DNA of 56,722 nt, from IMG/VR virus record IMGVR_UViG_3300042558_002627, positions 1-56,722 of that record. One strand, 5' to 3'. The position numbers and the translations under genes were made by a program. The notes under the pieces are model-generated. The model saw only the letters and a list, made by a program, of their open reading frames with translations, was not told where the DNA came from and did not search any database. Positions 52,118 through 56,722 of the stretch are shown here, one piece after another (the stretch's first letter is position 1; each line of letters starts with the position of its first letter). The DNA is from a virus. Lineage: Duplodnaviria > Caudoviricetes.

Positions 52118-52772
52118 ATAAATGTGTTATTAAATTATTTACTTGATCAAAATTAGGGCATTCCCAATCTCTTCTTTCTAAAGAAGCTTTCATCGGATGT
52201 TCCCATGAAAATACATGTTGATTGTGGGATAATACTTCTGAATATTGTTGCGCTTCTTTTCCCCAAAGTATAAAAATAGTACCTGGTTTTTCCGCAACAA
52301 TTTGATAGAGGATAGAACCAAAGAATTTCTTCCATTGTTTCTTGTGGCCTTTAGGATCTCCTTTGGGACAAGTGAGACTCCTGTTTAACATTAAAATTCC
52401 TTGTTGCGCCCAGCTTTCAAAAGTAAAGTCAAAGTCCAAATTAAGATGACCATTTACTTTTTCTATTCGATTACGAATCTCTACTGCTGCAGGATTTTGA
52501 GAAATAGTAGATGTATCAGAGAAAGATAGTGGCCCAAGTCCAGTATGTGGATGTGGCTCAGTTCCTATGACTACTACTCGTAAATTTTCCCATGGACATA
52601 ATTTAAAAGCTTTAAAAATCTCCTTAGAATTTTCTGGATAAACAGTATCCATCGCGTATTTAACAGATACAAAATCCATTAATTTCTGCATGTAGGGGTC
52701 TTTAAGCAATGGTTTTAATATCATCGCCCAACCTTCTCCCAGTTGATTAATCCAATACTGTTTTCCGTACAT
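52089..52772 (-). CDS. Uracil-DNA glycosylase family-1-like protein with divergent active site
   Basis: IFKAFKLCPWENLRVVVIGTEP, ESWAQQGILMLN, H...W, IFILWGKEAQ, HP, F..VN..I...G...I.W. Confidence 0.8.
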   Translation of the reverse strand: MYGKQYWINQLGEGWAMILKPLLKDPYMQKLMDFVSVKYAMDTVYPENSKEIFKAFKLCPWENLRVVVIGTEPHPHTGLGPLSFSDTSTISQNPAAVEIRNRIEKVNGHLNLDFDFTFESWAQQGILMLNRSLTCPKGDPKGHKKQWKKFFGSILYQIVAEKPGTIFILWGKEAQQYSEVLSHNQHVFSWEHPMKASLERRDWECPNFDQVNNLITHLYGGENIIKW

Positions 52773-52792
52773 GTTATTAGTTTAGATTAGTT

Positions 52793-52817
52793 AAAAAGCC
52801 CCTGAATTAACAGGGGC
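52793..52817 (-). terminator. Intrinsic terminator
   Basis: Minus strand GCCCCTG-ttaatt-CAGGGGC followed by TTTTT. Confidence 0.7.
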
Positions 52818-52847
52818 CGTCTTTCTTTATAAGAAATATACACTCAA

Positions 52848-52879
52848 TAAAATAGGGGGGAGCCTATTCAAACTCCCCC
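52848..52879 (-). terminator. Second hairpin/terminator overlapping the stop codon of 52864..53481
   Basis: Minus strand GGGGGAG-tttgaatagg-CTCCCCC followed by CTATTTT. Confidence 0.5.
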
Positions 52880-53481
52880 GTTGGTTCTAATTTTTCACTT
52901 AGAAAAGTATATTTTTTGAGCGTATCTACACATAATGTCTCTGCCTCCATATCTATAATAGGCCAAACTTCTTGGTCATATAGATTGGCTGCAGAATTAG
53001 GACTACTTAATCTTTCTTCCCAGCTTTCTTTTAAAGCATGTGCTTTATTCAGAACTAGAGGAAGGGTAAAAGGTTTACCGTCGAAGAAATAATTTCCTAG
53101 GATCAACTTTTTAGCTTCTTTACTTACTTCAGAATATTTACCTCTTACGATTAAATCATAATCAGGTTTCAATTCTTTAGAAATTGAGAAGACCATTACC
53201 AAGGAATTATTCTTTTCGTAGTCATCTTTGTAATTAGGAAATCCACACATAGTGGTGTAAAATGCATCAAAATCAACATCTCTATAATTTCTCAATACTA
53301 GAAAAATACAGTCTTCTTTATAGCTACTAATATCCTCATCAAAAAGATAGGCATTTATAAATCTATTAGTGAACAACTGTTTTCCGAAAACATTTTTTAC
53401 ATTACATGTAAATAAGTCTTTAGGGATTTCTAGTAAAGGAAATAAAAAAGTTGCAGTCTTTGTGAATTTTACTTTACTCAT
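52864..53481 (-). CDS. Hypothetical protein
   Basis: 205 aa, coupled to the nuclease gene; FINAYL and GKYSEVS motifs. Confidence 0.6.
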   Translation of the reverse strand: MSKVKFTKTATFLFPLLEIPKDLFTCNVKNVFGKQLFTNRFINAYLFDEDISSYKEDCIFLVLRNYRDVDFDAFYTTMCGFPNYKDDYEKNNSLVMVFSISKELKPDYDLIVRGKYSEVSKEAKKLILGNYFFDGKPFTLPLVLNKAHALKESWEERLSSPNSAANLYDQEVWPIIDMEAETLCVDTLKKYTFLSEKLEPTGEFE

Positions 53482-54494
53482 ACTGTGATATCGATTTTTC
53501 CGTTGTTTGTATAATACTCTTTAGGATAATCCCAATTATTAGTGTCTAATGCATACTGCAATCGATCTAATGCTTGATTGAATCCTTCTAATTCTTTACC
53601 ATTTCGTAGAAATCCACCCATCAATCCAACTTCTAATACCTCTTCAGGTACTCTAAAAATCATTGGATTATTAACTAAGTTTGTTTCTACTACAATATAC
53701 AAAAAATCTTCTAAAACGTAGCCCTGATCAAGTAATTCTTTGATTTTTGGGTGTACGGATAATCCGAAAGTATATACTGCTGCTTGGAAATCATAGCGAT
53801 AAGTAAAGAACTCGTATTTGAAATCATTTATCGATTTTCCTGTAGTTTTGAAATCAATCGGAGTAATTCGTTTTTTACCATGGTTAATTCTAACACGGTC
53901 CAATTCTCCTTTCATTTCAAATCCTTTGTAATTGAATTCCACAATAAATTTATCCCAAAATTCTACATTAGGCTCGTGTTTTGCTACTACGTATTTACGA
54001 ATAAATTCATTAGACTTAAGAGCCATTACACAGCTCACTGCTTTTGCATACTCGCTTTCAGTAATAATAGTTCTACCATTGATTGACTTTAACAATTGAA
54101 AGTAACCTTTACCTTCAGCTAGAATTTTGTCAATTCTTGTGTCGTCTTTCCAATTATTGTAATAAGAGACTTTATTACACTGCTCCAAGATAAGTTCTCG
54201 AACATTTACTCCAGATCCTTCAGGAAGCGCTATCTGTGCGGCTACTACTCCATCAACGATGGCTTTGATAGTATCACTGCATCCTGCATCATCCGAAATC
54301 TTATAGAATTTGTTTTCAAACTCTTCTTTATTACCTGTCAACATAATATCTACAACACTGCCAAAGACAAAATGCGGAGCAATCGACTGCTCACCTTTTT
54401 CTTGCTGTGCTTTTGCACGTAGATACTCAAGAGGACTAATAAGAATTTTCTTTAGAACACTCTGATTCAATTTGCTTATTTTTGAATACTCCAT
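53478..54494 (-). CDS. PD-(D/E)XK exonuclease (RecE/DUF3799-like)
   Basis: LNQSVLK, FGSVVD, KGELDRV...IDFKTT, YRYDFQAAVY, FLYIVVE. Confidence 0.8.
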   Translation of the reverse strand: MEYSKISKLNQSVLKKILISPLEYLRAKAQQEKGEQSIAPHFVFGSVVDIMLTGNKEEFENKFYKISDDAGCSDTIKAIVDGVVAAQIALPEGSGVNVRELILEQCNKVSYYNNWKDDTRIDKILAEGKGYFQLLKSINGRTIITESEYAKAVSCVMALKSNEFIRKYVVAKHEPNVEFWDKFIVEFNYKGFEMKGELDRVRINHGKKRITPIDFKTTGKSINDFKYEFFTYRYDFQAAVYTFGLSVHPKIKELLDQGYVLEDFLYIVVETNLVNNPMIFRVPEEVLEVGLMGGFLRNGKELEGFNQALDRLQYALDTNNWDYPKEYYTNNGKIDITV

Positions 54495-54496
54495 AT

Positions 54497-55027
54497 TTAT
54501 TTTTTTATTAATCCTTTTACTAAATCTTCAAGAGTTAATTCTAGTGTCTTAATTTCATACACTAACTTTCTATCTTTAAAATTTAATACAGGGATGAATT
54601 CGTAACTAGTTTTTCTTAAATGTTTGACAGTATCGTCAGGTAGAATTCCTTTCTTGATCAATACGTCATCTAGACATTTTAACCAGATAAGAGCTAGATT
54701 ACCAATATCCCAATTAGGATCGTAATCCACGGGAGCAGGGTTCCAACTTACTTTACGTTTTCCTGTTGTTTTGTCCAACACCATTTTCATATTCCCAAAA
54801 TTTATAGGCGCATACACCGTAAGAACAGTCTCGACTGGGCCTTGAATTGTAAGATTTTCTGGAATATGTTTTTCAATATATCCGTGCATAGCTGCTACTA
54901 GAGCAGCTCTTGTTGAAAAGTGCACAGATGCATGAATTTTGTTATAACCTATCTTAATCCATTCCTTTTTATTCTTAGGTATGTGCGTGATAAATTCTGG
55001 AAATTCTAATTTAATTTCACTTACCAT
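54497..55027 (-). CDS. RusA-like Holliday junction resolvase
   Basis: WDIGNL...KCLDDVL..KGILPDD acidic motif pattern of RusA. Confidence 0.6.
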   Translation of the reverse strand: MVSEIKLEFPEFITHIPKNKKEWIKIGYNKIHASVHFSTRAALVAAMHGYIEKHIPENLTIQGPVETVLTVYAPINFGNMKMVLDKTTGKRKVSWNPAPVDYDPNWDIGNLALIWLKCLDDVLIKKGILPDDTVKHLRKTSYEFIPVLNFKDRKLVYEIKTLELTLEDLVKGLIKK

Positions 55028-55037
55028 ATCAATTGTT

Positions 55038-56198
55038 TTATAGCCACTGTAAATTTTCAGCTTTTATTTCTTCAACTTCTTCTACTTCCTCAATAACTTT
55101 AGGAGTAAAATCAGAATAGATGTTAAAAACATAATTATTATTTAGAGTAGCCAGGATTTCATAAGATAATGTAATATTCTTAACCTTAAATACGGCAGAA
55201 TCACCTTTACTAAGAACTTCTCCACTATATTTTGTAAGCAAATAATTTACTGCTTCTACTGTAAGAACTCCTTTATCCATCATACTTTTAACAATACTAT
55301 CTAAAGTGCTTTGTAACGTATATCTATCTTTTTGTAAATAAGATAGTAACGATTTGAAATTAACATGATCTTTAGTTCTAGAGTCTGCCATTTTATGATA
55401 AAATTCTTTAAATAGTAGATGAATAAAAAGAAGACTTTCCTTGTATCGACTATTCGCCATAATCTCCATTGCTATTACATGATTATCATTATCCGAACTT
55501 TTAAACATTTCTGACAACTGTTCAAAAACTTCTTCAGTGATTAAGATAGCATCATCACCATTTAATTCTCCAATTAACTCGGACTCATTAAAAATAGGTA
55601 TATTTTGCAAATCAGTTATCATTTCGACATACTGTTCTTCTACAATGTCAACATAGCAAGAACTTCTATGTAATTGTGCAGCAGAACCAGCATTAACAAT
55701 TTGGTTTTTATACGGTGGCAAATCCTCACTACAAAAATTGTACATAGAAGACCAGTCTGAATAAACCTTACTACCTGAATAATTATCCAAAGCTAAATTT
55801 ATAGAAGCAATATCTTTATTATCCAAAAGAGGCTCTAATAAAGTAAAACATTCTTTAAAATTCTCTACAGGGATAGTATAATACCAAGTACTTTTAACTA
55901 TCTTACTTACAGAATGTTTATTTCCAAATACAGCAGTTGCTTCTTTAGGATCTTTTACAATCTTAATATTGTAATCTAAAACAAGTTGCTTAAGTTTTAC
56001 TCTTGGAATATTTACACCAGGCATAAAAAATAATTTATCACCAATTTTAGGAGAATATTTCTCTGTAGTAGCTTTTAAATTATTTTTCATTTCTTCTGAA
56101 AGTATCGCTGGACGATAACTAGTTTCTAATCTAACATCTAAAACACCGTCATGACCTACATGGCATATGGGCACATTTAATACTAAAAGATTTTCCAT
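55038..56198 (-). CDS. Hypothetical protein with BRCT-like N-terminal segment
   Basis: 386 aa; LFFMPGVNIPRVKLKQL...IVKDPKEATAVF; adjacent to the AAA ATPase. Confidence 0.45.
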   Translation of the reverse strand: MENLLVLNVPICHVGHDGVLDVRLETSYRPAILSEEMKNNLKATTEKYSPKIGDKLFFMPGVNIPRVKLKQLVLDYNIKIVKDPKEATAVFGNKHSVSKIVKSTWYYTIPVENFKECFTLLEPLLDNKDIASINLALDNYSGSKVYSDWSSMYNFCSEDLPPYKNQIVNAGSAAQLHRSSCYVDIVEEQYVEMITDLQNIPIFNESELIGELNGDDAILITEEVFEQLSEMFKSSDNDNHVIAMEIMANSRYKESLLFIHLLFKEFYHKMADSRTKDHVNFKSLLSYLQKDRYTLQSTLDSIVKSMMDKGVLTVEAVNYLLTKYSGEVLSKGDSAVFKVKNITLSYEILATLNNNYVFNIYSDFTPKVIEEVEEVEEIKAENLQWL

Positions 56199-56205
56199 AA
56201 TATTA

Positions 56206-56722
56206 CTATTTTAAAGCCATTTTAGCGACTTCTGGGTTTAACATTAGTTTACTGAATTTTGATTTATTACCAGAAAGCAATTCTTTGATGATGTAATATT
56301 TAAGATCATCTGTAAAAGAAACACAAGTAGTAACAATGTTAGAAATTCTTTGAATCATTGCTTCAGGAATACTCTCTGTAGTAGCTTTTGTCAATGCAAA
56401 ATTGATAATTCTAGTAGAAACTACACTTGCAATATCCGCGCGGAATTCGTCATCTTCTCCAATCATGTCTTTCAATGCTCCAAAAACATACTTTTCATCT
56501 TTAGTTAAGATATCTTCAGGCCCAATAATTCTATCTAGTTTATTATTAATAAACATAGTAAACATTGAACTAAAGTCATCTCCAACTGAACCTTCGCCAA
56601 TCATTTGAATAATAGGTAATCCTTCTTCAAACTTTTGGATAGAGCTAATAGAATTAAAGAATGTAGTTACACTTCTAGGATTAACTTTCTGAGTAACTAA
56701 TTCTGGATTCATCAACAAAAAG
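56206..56722 (-). CDS. C-terminal part of an AAA+ ATPase (MoxR-like), truncated by the window end
   Basis: LLMNPEL...VNPRSVTTFF lid/sensor-2-like motif; the frame runs off the window; Walker motifs are not visible. Confidence 0.5.
   Translation of the reverse strand, partial: FLLMNPELVTQKVNPRSVTTFFNSISSIQKFEEGLPIIQMIGEGSVGDDFSSMFTMFINNKLDRIIGPEDILTKDEKYVFGALKDMIGEDDEFRADIASVVSTRIINFALTKATTESIPEAMIQRISNIVTTCVSFTDDLKYYIIKELLSGNKSKFSKLMLNPEVAKMALK

Noticed and set aside
1-56722. Stop-codon reassignment (TAG/TGA), known in some crAss-like phages
   Set aside because: Very long ORFs are intact in the standard code, coding density is high, and TAG serves as a plausible stop (52864).
1-56722. tRNA, rRNA, integrase or transposase genes
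   Set aside because: None recognised; intergenic gaps are short and accounted for by terminators or promoter motifs. A tRNAscan/Infernal run would be needed to exclude RNA genes formally.

Overview
This AT-rich window is a ~57 kb fragment of a crAss-like (Crassvirales-type) podovirus genome, probably infecting a Bacteroidota host, and reads cleanly in the standard genetic code. The + strand (1-49012) is the virion/late module. In order it holds a truncated major capsid protein, conserved head/neck genes, Cys-rich tail-hub and tail-fibre genes, a lysis cassette with an M15 peptidase endolysin, ring/tubular and muzzle tail proteins and an IHF/HU-like gene. It ends with five large ejection (cargo) proteins. 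The virion RNA polymerase is split over two genes with a ferritin gene between them. One half carries a Nudix domain; the other carries a zincin-like domain and an SF1B helicase domain. The - strand (49028-56722) converges on this module and encodes DNA/nucleotide-metabolism genes: dNMP kinase, MazG-like pyrophosphatase, a divergent UDG, a PD-(D/E)XK nuclease, a RusA-like resolvase and a truncated AAA ATPase. The most striking observation is that the three largest ejection proteins are almost Cys-free but have cysteines at their facing termini, which suggests a head-to-tail disulfide-linked protein chain. All assignments come from motif recognition and gene order; no database searches were run.
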